From contig OZ024742.1 in the NCBI GenBank assembly GCA_964016885.1, positions 109,864,001-109,928,000 of the forward strand: a stretch of DNA of 64,000 nt, in the 5' to 3' direction. The notes beneath the pieces were generated by a model that did not search any database, was not told the DNA's origin, and saw nothing but the letters and a program-made list of their open reading frames with translations. Of this stretch, positions 12,646 through 30,609 are shown piece after piece (position 1 is the stretch's first letter; each line of letters begins with the position of its first letter). The position numbers and the translations under genes are program-made. Source of the stretch: Eledone cirrhosa (Eukaryota).

Positions 12646-14339
12646 GCCTTCTTCACTACCTCTTCTACGGCCTCGATATGAATACCCCCTCCGCCTCCGT
12701 GGTATTTTCTTCGTGGTTATAAGAGGCTTAGCTCTGTTTCTCGACCGTTATATCGCGTGACTATCTCCCCCTCCGCCTTTTGGGATTCTTTCTCACGTCG
12801 TGTAGACGCGTTCTTGAGACTAGTAAAATGAGGTATCCTCTTGATAAGTCGGCAGACCTCGCAGGGACTCTATATCTTTGATATATTGTTTTTGTTTATG
12901 CCACGAAACTACGTAGTCGAGGAATTTAGGAACAGTTTAGGTATGATACATTTTATTACTAATTATATCTAAATGTTTCTTCTCTCTTCATAATGTATTT
13001 TTAACTCTGATACTGGTTCAGTCTAGTTCAAACTGAATTGGTCTGTCCCAGTCATTCATTGAGCAACATCGGTGAAGTTGGCACCCTTAACTCACAGTTG
13101 GGTGCGGATGCATTCATGTATATATGTGTGTGTCCGCATGTATCTGTGTGTTTCTAAATATATTAATAACTCCCTCTGGTCGAGCAATCTTTGAAGTGTG
13201 GGGACAACTGGAAAGCTTCCATTACTCATACTTCTCGCCTTCTTCACTACCTCTTCTACGGCCTCGATATGAATACCCCCTCCGCCTCCGTGGTATTTTC
13301 TTCGTGGTTATAAGAGGCTTAGCTCTGTTTCTCGACCGTTATATCGCGTGACTATCTCCCCCTCCGCCTTTTGGGATTCTTTCTCACGTCGTGTAGACGC
13401 GTTCTTGAGACTAGTAAAATGAGGTATCCTCTTGATAAGTCGGCAGACCTCGCAGGGACTCTATATCTTTGATATATTGTTTTTGTTTATGCCACGAAAC
13501 TACGTAGTCGAGGAATTTAGGAACAGTTTAGGTATGATACATTTTATTACTAATTATATCTAAATGTTTCTTCTCTCTTCATAATGTATTTTTAACTCTG
13601 ATACTGGTTCAGTCTAGTTCAAACTGAATTGGTCTGTCCCAGTCATTCATTGAGCAACATCGGTGAAGTTGGCACCCTTAACTCACAGTTGGGTGCGGAT
13701 GCATTCATGTATATATGTGTGTGTCCGCATGTATCTGTGTGTTTCTAAATATATTAATAACTCCCTCTGGTCGAGCAATCTTTGAAGTGTGGGGACAACT
13801 GGAAAGCTTCCATTACTCATACTTCTCGCCTTCTTCACTACCTCTTCTACGGCCTCGATATGAATACCCCCTCCGCCTCCGTGGTATTTTCTTCGTGGTT
13901 ATAAGAGGCTTAGCTCTGTTTCTCGACCGTTATATCGCGTGACTATCTCCCCCTCCGCCTTTTGGGATTCTTTCTCACGTCGTGTAGACGCGTTCTTGAG
14001 ACTAGTAAAATGAGGTATCCTCTTGATAAGTCGGCAGACCTCGCAGGGACTCTATATCTTTGATATATTGTTTTTGTTTATGCCACGAAACTACGTAGTC
14101 GAGGAATTTAGGAACAGTTTAGGTATGATACATTTTATTACTAATTATATCTAAATGTTTCTTCTCTCTTCATAATGTATTTTTAACTCTGATACTGGTT
14201 CAGTCTAGTTCAAACTGAATTGGTCTGTCCCAGTCATTCATTGAGCAACATCGGTGAAGTTGGCACCCTTAACTCACAGTTGGGTGCGGATGCATTCATG
14301 TATATATGTGTGTGTCCGCATGTATCTGTGTGTTTCTAA

Positions 14340-14341
<2 letters not shown>
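12642..14341 (+). repeat. 591-bp tandem array (~2.9 near-identical units), one HHR per unit
   Basis: Exact 591-bp period (e.g. 13124/13715); (TA)n flanks. Confidence 0.95.
12836..12923 (+). ncRNA. Type I HHR, U3-A8 core variant (copies 13427-13514, 14018-14105)
   Basis: Helix I TCCTC/GAGGA; core TTGATAA; helix II base GTCGGCA/TGCCAC with long loop; GAAA; palindrome CTACGTAG; GUC site. Confidence 0.8.
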
Positions 14342-14386
<45 letters not shown>

Positions 14387-14389
<3 letters not shown>

Positions 14390-14562
14390 AACGAAGGGCA
14401 TTAGTAGTGGTTGTTAGATGAAATAACAAGAATAGCTGATTTACTTTATATATGAAAAGATTTATTTCACTTCAGTCAAACAATCAAGTTACCACGAGTC
14501 GCAAAGGTTGACGATGTTATTTTGTTGTTGCTTCATGAGGCTGGTGTAGTCTGAGACCAGTG

Positions 14563-14657
<95 letters not shown>

Positions 14658-14920
14658 ATGGTCTGTGGTTGTCTGTAGACCTCAGCGGCCTGTAGGTAGC
14701 GGTGAATCTTTCACATAGCTATTCTCAAGCGTACTGCTCCGATATCTGTGTGTGTTAGACGTGGGATGATACACGCTTTTTATACCTGTCGCTTTCTGTC
14801 TCCCGCCTCGAGCGATCGCCCACGCATGAACTTGTTTACGCCGAAAAGGATGGTGACCTAGAATTTGACTTTTAGGTGTCACCCAGGGTTCAAGGCGTGG
14901 ACAGATCTCGCTACGCTACA
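14387..14920 (-). mobile_element. Probable solo LTR (534 bp)
   Basis: TG...CA ends with short inverted termini TGTAACG/CGCTACA; minus-strand TATAAAAAG (~14785) upstream of AATAAA (~14465). Confidence 0.6.
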
Positions 14921-15404
14921 TATATATGTAGGGGTCTTGTTTGCCTTAAAAATATGAGGGGGACAAACCAACATTTGTTGATTCGTAAAGGAGCATAAAT
15001 TGCTTATGGTGCCTTTCCCCGACACATAAGTAAAATTTATATATTCAAATGAAGTTCAGATATAAAAAAAATAAGCTTAAAAATAATTTATTATATCAAA
15101 TATACAAAAAATAAAATATAGACGTTTGAAAAAAAAAAGGGGGCGGAGGGGGGATTGTCCCCTGGCACGCCCCTGAAACAAGGCTCTTGTTTGTGGAAAA
15201 CTAGCAGCCGACCATACAAGTCTCCCTTCTTCACGATGGCATGGAAAAGGCAATGTTCGCTTCAGCTCGGCACCAATGTTGTCACAACTCATTTCTACAG
15301 CTGAATGAACTGAAGCAGTGTGAAATAAAGTGTCTTACTCAAGAACATAACGCTCTAAGCCATGAACCGTCACATATGTATGTATGTATATATATATATA
15401 TATA

Positions 15405-16000
15405 TATATATAAAACTGAGGATGTCTGTCTGTGTGTGTGTGTGTGTGTGAGTTTGAATCCCTAAAACTAGAGAAGCACCCAACCGACTATTTTCAAACT
15501 TTACACATGTAATACTTATGTTTCAGGGAGTGTTCTGAGCAAAAACAATTTCAAATTTTCAATGCCCTAGGGACCGCATTAGGCGATTTAGCGATCACTC
15601 TCTATAATTCTTAGTCTTTCTCTTTTTAGATAGATACATACATATAACGTCGCGCCCTTATAATATCGGTCTGTATGTCTGGCTGTCTGCATTACGTCAC
15701 TTCCTACAATTCGCTCTGCGTCCAGAACGCGCCCTTATAATATCTGTCTGTATGTCTGGCTGTCTTCTGCCTCCGGTTATTCTTCCACCCTTGCTCAAGA
15801 CAAATCTCACACTCATTCCCCAAACAGTTGGTAAGTGCACACAACTTCTTCCTCACGTTTTAAGCCACAGTGTTGCTTACTTACGTACCACCAGACCCTT
15901 ACTTCTTTGCCAGCCGTGGTTGTGGCAATACTAAGCTTAGCTAAGGCGGTTATATATTTCACAATACGTTATACCGTGAAACGCCGGGTACCACTGCTAG
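15405..16000 (+). mobile_element. Non-autonomous Helitron (related 5' part at ~62255-62520)
   Basis: 5' TATATAAAACTGAG.ATGTCTGTCTG; 3' CCGTGAAACGCCGGG hairpin then CTAG|T. Confidence 0.72.
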
Positions 16001-16070
16001 TATATATATAAAGCTAAACTCCAGAGTAACAAGACTAAATATTGAGTCTTGTTACTCTGGAGTTTCGCCT

Positions 16071-16140
<70 letters not shown>

Positions 16141-16146
<6 letters not shown>

Positions 16147-16461
16147 GTGAGGTTTTTTTTACAAAATGAAAAATAACCGAGGTGTCCTACACGAGTGGAA
16201 GTATAAAGAAAAAGGGATGAAATCGAAAATGCAACTGAAGTCTTATTTTTAAAAAAAATATATATATTTATTTGGTTCCTTTACCGGTTTCGCAGTTCTT
16301 CTGCTTTTCAAAAGGTGAGTTGAGATGGACCACAGACCCTCCATCTCAACTCACCTTTTGAAAAGCAGAAGAACTGCGAAACCGGTAAAGGAACCAAATA
16401 AATATATATATTTAAAAAAAAAAATAAGACTTCAGTTGCATTTTCGATTTCATCCCTTTTT

Positions 16462-16468
<7 letters not shown>
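16141..16468. mobile_element. Fold-back insert in (TA)n with two opposed HHRs; sister element at 23862-24121
   Basis: ~125-bp inverted arms around a spacer at 16330-16339. Confidence 0.88.
16354..16391 (+). ncRNA. Minimal type I HHR, U3-A8 variant (mirror copy 16278-16315 on -)
   Basis: CCTT-TTGAAAA-GCAG aagaa CTGC-GAAA-CCGG-TA-AAGG. Confidence 0.85.
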
Positions 16469-16542
<74 letters not shown>

Positions 16543-19500
16543 CCACTTTGGGTCATAACTGAACAATATTGTGCACATAGAGAGTTTCAGGTGTTTTTGT
16601 GGTAGACCTGCAGTCACACTTGCAAGTTTGTCTCCTCTCTCTGCACCACCGATATTATCCTTGTGAAAGGTAAAGGCCGACACAACTTAGCATCAGTGTC
16701 GTCGTAACTCATACCCAATCCAGGGCCTTCGCACTCCTGTTGGATGAACTCCACCCCTTAGTTGACCTCCACTGCTTTCTGTTTGGTTCATATCAAGGTG
16801 TAACCATACTCAGCACGCTTGGCTAAATACATGTTGGTGAGGCTATTTAACCCATATTTGGGGTGGATGGCTAATAAAATGAGTTTTCTCATTTTTATAT
16901 GTTTTCAAATACACTTACACTTCGTCTCGATCAGAGACAATATTGTTTTTTTTATTTAACTTTATCATAGCTATGATTAGCTTTCTATTTAGGACAGACA
17001 TGAAGGCATGAGGTCCATTATCCAATTATTCTTTCGTCCTATCTATACTGTTTGTTTTATCATACACACACACACATCATATCAGCAGAAAGATTTATTA
17101 TTCTGTTACACGATCCAGCATTTTAAAAGGCACTCCCTTAATTCGTGCGAAACCATTTTGCTGGTTTGAGAGCTGATGAGAATGAAGATGTGTCTGTGTA
17201 GACTTGTCTTATGCATCACCTTGTTCCTTCTTCCGGTCACTTCTATGCGCCAACATACTTCTCCTTGTCCTCCTCCACTTTCAATCCACACACACACACA
17301 GCAAAGGAAATGTTTTCCCATGGCCACCAAGTAAATAACCTGCGACCTTGCAAGGAAGACAATAGATAAATTTCCCCTGATAGTTGGATTTACGGCATCA
17401 TTTGTATTCTAGGGCCATCCGTTATCTATCAAAAATAATTAGCGGTCATTGAAAATAGTCTGGCCTGTGGTCCTAACTCACACAGTCATCTGCCTCTTCT
17501 CCTAGACAACACAGCTTCCTTGCCACTGCGATTTTACTACTACCTCTACTGGTACATACTGTCTGATTACAACTTGTCATTTTTTAATCGAACATCGCAT
17601 ATTAAACAAAGCACAACACAGAAGCCTTCTGAACACTATATTCATTTGTGAAACTTTATATTTACGATTTGAAGTAATCATATTTTTTTCCTTTTTGTTG
17701 GAATGAAGTAAAGTTATAAATTCAACCAGAATTATTGGTGTATCTTGTGTTTATCATCCTCTTCCACAACAACCAAATATTTCGCTTCATATAAACAAAC
17801 ATACACACATACATTCCTATGCATATACATACACAGACACACAAACGCATACACACAAATACATATACACGCACATATAGACACATATATACATGTGTGA
17901 GACCACGCCCAGTGTATCCCCTACGGCCAACTTGAACTAGAGGCCTATTTACACAACACCCTAGCGTGGATATTTAGTTTCCTGTGGATCAGTAGAGAGA
18001 AACTCTGAAGCCCCCCCCCCCCCCCCCCCTCTCTATCTCTTTGGAAGAAATCGGCTGTGTTCAGGTCTGGAGAAGGAGGGACTCGGCCAGGTTTCACTAC
18101 TCAAGAAACGACGATGTGTTACGTCGGCACCCCTACAACTCAACCAAGATTTAAGGGCGCGTGATAGTTCAAGAAAGGGCCTATCAAAATTGCAGGGCGT
18201 CTTATAAGCTCGTGCACCTCCTAAGCCGGTAAATACACCCTTTTTATATCAACCCGGATAAAACCAGCTCTGGTTCTATGAAACGAAACGTCCAATTTTA
18301 AATGGTTCCTGTTTACATTAAAATCTTCCAGCATAATTTGATATAAGAACCATATGTTAAACTATTATCTTAGTATTGACATAGTTAATAATTTTAGTAA
18401 ATCCTCCAAGTTTTTCATTAATTAATTAACACAGTATTTCATTAGAAATATCTCACGAAAGGGATAAGTTCAACTTAGTGTGTTTCTTGTAATTTTTTTA
18501 GTGCATTTCATTTAACTCGGTAGCTTTTTCTTATTGAAGAATCTCTTCGGTTCCATTTCTTTTTATCTAGATTTTAAGGGGGTGGGGGTGAGGAGGAGGA
18601 ATTAGTAATAATTGTTTCTGATTTAGGCACAAGGCCAACAATTTGGGGGAGGGAAAAGTCAATTAAATCGACCCCAGTGCGTTACTGGTATTTTATTATA
18701 TGGACCCAGTAAAGATGGAAGGCAAAGCTGAACTTAACAAGGCACTTATATGGCGTTATAAATCCATTACAACGAAAAAACATTCATAGGCACCATAATC
18801 AGTGGCCGATTAATGATGGGTGGGAAGAGATTATGAGTTGGCTGCAGCCAAGAAGAAGCCCTACAATATTACTGTTTTGTGGTTATCAAGAATATCTTAC
18901 TAATGTGGATTCATGTGATTTGTTAATTCAAATGTTTATAGTATGTTTACTAATGAACAGGTCTTTGTGAACAATTGTAGTATTAGAGTAAACACTTAAA
19001 TTTAAGATGTGATGCAATCATAATACTGCTTTGTACTTTTAATGAATGTCTTGCTACTATGGTTTTTAAGAATTAAAGAAGCTTAACTTCTCTTCATGGT
19101 AATGATGTTTGCAGTCATTGTGAGGGCTCTAATTATTGGGAGTATCTGACATAATTGGTTGGAATATTGCCAGAGAAACCTTATCTCGAAAGCATTGTCA
19201 ATGGAGTGAGTTAGTTAGTAGGTCGCTGTATCAGACTTTAAAACAATAACAAAGACCAATAAGGACAAAGCTATGTTACGACACATTTAATCACTGGGGG
19301 AAAATAAAAAGAACTTCGTCAACTTTCTAAAACAAAGTTAACTACAAAGAGAGAAAGAAAAACAAAGATTTCATTAGATTTTTCTGTATTTCTTTGATTC
19401 TTTCTTCTTTTAACACAAAAACAAACATGCACTCACATGAATATAAGATTAACTTTTTATACCAACCCTCGTTCTATAATGAAAAACTGTTTGTTATATA

Positions 19501-19864
19501 AAGTGTTTGTTTAAATTTAAATCTTCCACTATAATTTTTTTTTTTAGTTATGTTCTAAGCCCCCAACTTAATGAGAAAGTTAAATCAATCTACACGCACA
19601 CACACACACATTCAAAAATCCTGAAGTCATAGCTGCTACACAATGATTGAAGTGAAATTGGAATGCGTTTTGATCCCTAATTTCTCAGATAAGCAATATT
19701 TAGAATTAATTGATTTGATATGTGACGGATATCGGGGACGGTTTTAATACCCAGTTCGCTTCTTGTGTATGTAACTAATAATATATCTTAATTTTACTGC
19801 GTTGTTTGTTTTGTGATTTCCGTTTACATTTTGCATACACATACACAAATACATACATACATAC

Positions 19865-20470
<606 letters not shown>

Positions 20471-20509
20471 TCATGTAGACATCACTTTTTCAGAGCACCA
20501 ATACTAATA

Positions 20510-20589
<80 letters not shown>

Positions 20590-20681
20590 GTATGTATGTA
20601 TATATGTATGTATGTATGTTATCTCTTTCTCTTAATTTCAAGTATATTTTTGGTGGCAAGGTTGTAAAAGAAAAGAAATTG

Positions 20682-21045
20682 TCATCCCTTGAATCGTAAG
20701 AATGTTTTGCAAATTTTGAAGGTGCCAGCTATCGTAGCCATTTGTAGACTATGAATTAGGGAGCTGCGCTCTTTGTCCGCAAATCCAAGTTCAGTTATAC
20801 ATTGGTCCAAGCGGGTTGGTATATAACCCGTAGCTCCAATAATGATGGGTATGAAGCTAAAGGTGTATCTTGGATACTGGATTTGTAAACTCCTCATCAA
20901 TGATCCGTATATGTCCTCCTTCTCCTGTATCTTTTTGACAACGTTTACAATAAGTGGGCAGCTGATCTCCACAACAGAACACGTTTTCAATGTGTGGTCC
21001 CAAACAACAATATCAGGCCGGTTGTGCTTTAATTTGGTGGCAGTT
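20682..21045 (-). pseudogene. C-terminal restriction-like endonuclease (RLE) fragment of a non-LTR retrotransposon (R4/NeSL-like), 5'-truncated
   Basis: HNRPDIVVWD...VVEISCP...K..IY..L...IPIIIGATG (PD-(D/E)XK-type RLE signature); short 3'UTR ends in (TACA)/(TA)n at ~20617. Confidence 0.82.
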
Positions 21046-21815
21046 TTTCCGTTTATCGTTTTCGGTGCACCCGGCCGATTAACCCACTCGAGATGCAAAT
21101 TGGGCTACTCAGCCGTTAATATGCATAAGGTAAATATATACGTTCAACAATCTGGCAGGAAGGTATACGTTGCTGACGATAGCTAATAAGCTTGAAACTA
21201 GTACAGCGTTCCTTTGTCAGTATTGAACAAACGAGCAACGATGGTTGCTGGACACTACGGCTTAATACGGGATGTTTGTTTACAAACACACCGAGAATTA
21301 TAATAACTGTTCGGTGAATCCATACGTACATATATATATGTGTGCATGTATGTATATATATATATATATATATACATACTACTGTACGTCTGTATACATA
21401 TATGTATGTACGTGTACATACTTATATTTAAGTAACAGCCGTACTAAGAGTGGGAAATGAAATTTCGTTTCATTTTTTCCGTTTATCGTTTTCGGTGCAC
21501 CCGGCCGATTAACCCACTCGATATGCAAATTGGGCTACTCAGTCGTTAATATGCATAAGGTAAATATATACGTTCAACAATCTGGCAGGAAGGTATACGT
21601 TGCTGACGATAGCTAATAAGCTTGAAACTAGTACAGCGTTCCTTTGTCAGTATTGAACAAACGAGCAACGATGGTTGCTGGACACTACGGCTTAATACGG
21701 GATGTTTGTTTACAAACACACCGAGAATTATAATAACTGTTCGGTGAATCCATATGTACATATATATATGTGTGCATGTATGTATATATATATATACATA
21801 CTACTGTACGTCTGT

Positions 21816-21820
<5 letters not shown>
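21044..21820 (+). repeat. 430-bp tandem repeat (~1.8 units), one HHR and one octamer per unit
   Basis: Period 430 (21093/21523). Confidence 0.93.
21167..21209 (+). ncRNA. Minimal type I HHR (copy 21597-21639)
   Basis: ACGTTG-CTGACGA-tAGCT aata AGCTt-GAAA-CTAG-TA-CAGCGT. Confidence 0.85.
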
Positions 21821-21886
<66 letters not shown>

Positions 21887-21887
<1 letters not shown>

Positions 21888-22520
21888 GATATTAACAAAT
21901 GGAAACTATATTTATAAAACCATATTTATTTCATTATACATATTTCAATATTTCAAGGACACCAAGTTAAATTATGGTGTGCTTTCATCAGATAAAATAT
22001 AATATAGATCAGTTTTATAAATAAATATTGACATACCCTTAAAAAATGCAACCATTACTGTTGGAAGCTCCCGGATAGCTTCCAACAGTAATGGTTGCAT
22101 TTTTTAAGGGTATGTCAATATTTATTTATAAAACTGATCTATATTATATTTTATCTGATGAAAGCACACCATAATTTAACTTGGTGTCCTTGAAATATGT
22201 ATAATGAAATAAATATGGTTTTATAAATATAGTTTCCATTTGTTAATATCGTATTTTTACTCCAAATATTTGTTGAGTGCTTTATATCAGTTATAAAAAT
22301 ATTTGCTTGTTGTATCCCAACAATTTAAATAGAACTTTTACATATATATATATATATACAATATTAAATAAATGGAAAACTATATTTATAAAACCATATT
22401 TATTTCATTATATATATTTCGGGGATATCATATTAACAATATGCTATGCCTTCATCAGACAAAATACAATATAAACAGTTTTATAGATAAATATATTCGA
22501 CATACCGTAATAAACATCAA
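21887..22520. mobile_element. Fold-back insert (21887-22252, centre ~22072) plus a diverged third copy (22358-22520); HHR-bearing
   Basis: ~180-bp inverted arms; (TA)n flank. Confidence 0.85.
22148..22210 (+). ncRNA. Type I HHR (diverged relative at 22402-22465 on -)
   Basis: ATTTTAT-CTGATGA-AAG..CACC/GGTG..CTT-GAAA-TATGTA-TA-ATGAAAT. Confidence 0.78.
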
Positions 22521-22742
22521 CTTCATTTGAAGAGGTTCACTCTAGCAGTGAAAATACAGAGAGAAAGAAAGAGAGAGAGAAAAGAGGGAAATAAGAAAGA
22601 AAGAAAGACAAAACGAAGAAAAGGAAGAAAAAGAAGAAAAAGAAGAAATGCATGGGACAAAATAGAGAGATGGAAAAATAGATAAAGCGAAGAGCTTCAT
22701 GTAAAGAGACCGAAAGTAACCCAACAATTTTAAATATAACTT

Positions 22743-22801
<59 letters not shown>

Positions 22802-23521
22802 GATATTACATCATCAGCTAATTAGCTCCACCACTGAATATAGTGTTTTTGTAGGCGCCATTACGCTACACACACACACAAATATATATTTATATATATA
22901 ATATATTCGAAGACCCCCTTCGGATACGAATGACCATGTGATTTGCACCTAAAAGGCTTCCCCTCCGAGGCACAAGTCCGGGCAAGGTTGTTTGTATATT
23001 GTCAAAGCTTTCCTCTCCACGCCACCGATGGTGTCCAAGGGAAAGGCTATGGCCGATACAGCTTGGCACCAGTGACATCGCAACTCATTTCTACAGCTGA
23101 GTAAACTGGAGCAACGTGAAATAAAGTGTCTTGCTCAAGGACACAACGCATCACCCGGTTCGAGAATCGAACACACAACCTTTCGATTGCAAGCTCTAGC
23201 CACTAAGCCATGCGCCTTCTGAGTTCAAATTCAGCCGAGGTTAACTTTGCCTTTCATCCTTACGAGGTCGATAAAATAAAGTACCAGTAATACACTGGGA
23301 TAATTGCTGGCCTTGTGTCAAAAGTAGAAGCAATTATATTACAGTAGATTATATGATATATTAAGTCAAGTCAGTGATCTGTGTCAGCAGACAAGACTCA
23401 TGTCTGCTGACCCTGTGAAAATGGATGAAACTGCAGAGGAAAAGAGGACTCTGACTTAACCTTTAAAATGTATCTATCTTTACAGTGGTATTAAGTATTC
23501 GAAGTCACGACCACCAGCAAC

Positions 23522-23633
<112 letters not shown>

Positions 23634-23823
23634 ACATATATGTCTAAGTGGGTGTGCATGTAAAAGGTCAATAATGAAAAGCAGTGAAAACAAACACAGG
23701 ACTATTACAAAAAGTGTTATCAGTTCATGTTTGTATCAAATGAAAAAACAAACATATATATATATATGTATGTATGTATTTATATATATATATATATAAA
23801 CATACATACATATATATAAATAC

Positions 23824-23854
<31 letters not shown>

Positions 23855-24137
23855 CAGAGAGAAAAAAAAGATGAAATCGAAAATGCAACTGGAGTCTTAT
23901 TTTAAAAAAAATATATATATTTATTTGGTTCCTTTGCCGGTTTCGCAGTTCTTCTGCTTTTCAAAAGTAGAGTTGAGATGGAGGGTCTTTGGTTTTTCTC
24001 ACATCTGATGTGAGAAAAACCACAGACCCTCCATCTCAACTCTACTATTTTTTTCTTTATACTTTCACTCGTGTAGGACACCTCGGTTATTTTTCATTTT
24101 GTAAAAAAAATTCACTTTCTTATATATATATATATAA

Positions 24138-24195
24138 ATACCTGATGATATCACCGGATTCATATGGAGCCCGGTTATTGAAATGATCATAGTAT
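24138..24195 (+). ncRNA. Type I HHR in a ~115-bp (TA)n-flanked insert
   Basis: ATAC-CTGATGA-..ACCGG/CCGGT..-GAAA-TGATCA-TA-GTAT. Confidence 0.8.
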
Positions 24196-24246
24196 AATAA
24201 ACCTTTCAAGGATTTACACAAGTGCAGCCTCCTGTCATTTTATTTT

Positions 24247-24279
<33 letters not shown>

Positions 24280-24282
<3 letters not shown>

Positions 24283-25084
24283 GATATAGATATCCCAGTA
24301 GGTACTAGGTACCCATGGAAATATATATGGTGTCTATAATAGTGGTTGTTCTATGGTACTAATTTGAGATACCAGAACTGTAAATATGAGCAGAACAGGC
24401 AAACATTAAACAATCTTTTAAATAAATTAAAATACGATTTAAATATTTACATCTTCTAGTGCTATGACCGGCGGTTTCGCTTATCAAAAGATTGGAAATT
24501 CAGAGAATTTCCAATGGAAAGATATAGCTCTTCAGATAGCTTTTCCAAATCTACTAGACATAAGTCCGTATAGATGTAGATATATCACCCTCTGCCCAGT
24601 GAATGAATCAAGCCTTTAAAATGAACCAGACACTTATTGGACCGTTAGAAAAAGCGGGAATTATAGACTCGCTGATATTTCATGCTGCTAGAAATAGCAG
24701 CATGATACAGCATTTTTTTTTCTCTACATTAAGGAGAATTAGTAATGTAGAGAAGAAAAAAATGCTGTATCATGCTGCTATTTCTAGCAGCATGAAATAT
24801 CAGAGAGTCTATAATTCCCGCTTTTTCTAACGGTCCGATAAGTGTGTGGGTCATTTTAACGGCTTGATTCATTCACTGGGCAGAGGGTGATATATCTACA
24901 TCTATACGGACTTATGTCTAGTAGATTTGGAAAAGCTATCTGAAGAGCTATATCTTTCCATTGGAAATTCTCTGAATTTCCAATCTTTTGATAAGCCAAA
25001 CCGCCGGTCATAGCAATAGAAGAGGTAAATATTTAAATCGTATTTTAATTTATTTAAAAGATTGTTTAATGTTTGCTTGTTCCG

Positions 25085-25088
<4 letters not shown>
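24280..25088. mobile_element. Large fold-back insert (~340-bp arms, centre ~24735) with two opposed HHRs
   Basis: Arms 24392-24730 and 24743-25083 are near-perfect reverse complements. Confidence 0.88.
24461..24540 (-). ncRNA. Type I HHR (intact); mirror copy 24935-25014 (+) has GAAA mutated to CAAA
   Basis: GCTAT-CTGAAGA-GCT..long helix II..AGC-GAAA-CCGCCGG-TC-ATAGC. Confidence 0.82.
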
Positions 25089-29547
<4,459 letters not shown>

Positions 29548-29552
29548 TTTTT

Positions 29553-30328
29553 AGAACAGAGGTGTAACACACGAGTTGTGATATATTGGTAAAAGGAAAA
29601 GAAAATGCTGACAAATTGTTCCCAGTGAAAAATAGTTTAATTAAGAATAAGTAAAAATTAGTAATAAGTATTGGTTAGTATTCAGTTTTAGCTTTAAGTT
29701 TTTACCGGTTACGCATTTCTAATGCTTTTCAAAAATAATTTTGAGATAGAGCGTCCGTGATGTTTGCTCTGATCTGATTAGTTTTGGAAATTCTACCTGT
29801 TTTATGTGAAAAAAGTGGCTCCAGAGGTATTAAAATAAGTTTCGCGCCAATTTGTGTTGCAAAAATTCTTGTGGTCAAAACAATTTTGATTGTTCGGTAG
29901 AGGTCACGTGAATGTTAAAAATTGATTTTGCGCCAAATGTAGGTTTGTCGAAGAGTGTCCTTTTTCGCCTGATTGAGAAGTCACTGAAAAATAAGTCTTT
30001 TAAGACAAATATGTGTATGTGTGTGTGTGTGTAGTAAAGAGGTTCATTGTTGTGATAATGGTCAGTAGGGATGTGTGTGTGAATTGCAGTCATGTTGAAA
30101 GGTCAACAGTTCAGGTGCCTATTAAGACAAATGTGTGTGTGTGTGTGTGTAGCAGAATTTTGGCGCAAAACAATTTTTAACATTCACGTGACCTCTACCG
30201 ACCAATCAAAATTGTTTTGACCACAAGAATTTTTGCAACACGAATTGGCGCGAAACTTATTTTAATACCTCTGGAGCCACTTTTTTCACATAAAACAGGT
30301 AGAATTTCCAAAACTAATCAGATCAGAG
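29553..30328. mobile_element. Diverged second fold-back of the same PLE 3' region
   Basis: 29553-30150 resembles 25121-25790; 30158-30328 is an inverted copy of 29765-29937. Confidence 0.85.
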
Positions 30329-30609
30329 TAGTCTCTTACAATTAAATAGCTCTAAGAAAAAAGCTTTTCCGAGCCATACAATATAATTGAATAAACAAGA
30401 GAGATGAACACTAATATAAACATACATGTGTTCGAATCGTAAGGACTAAAATTTGCTAGGGTGAAAAAATCCTAACTAAGCAATATAGTTTGTTATCCTT
30501 AACTTTAAATATTAAATTAAGAAAAATTAAGAAATATCACAGACCTATATTTGGCAAAAATGCCTGGTAACAACTAGACAGTGTTGGAGACTGTATCGCA
30601 AAGACTTAT

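Noticed and set aside
17172-17190. Isolated CTGATGA (also 46565 and the (CAT)n tract at 6025-6081)
   Set aside because: No helix II/GAAA/helix I context, so not counted as HHRs
21046-21098. MHLEWVNRPGAPKTINGK as the N-terminus of the RLE protein
   Set aside because: Comes from the antisense strand of the adjoining 430-bp repeat
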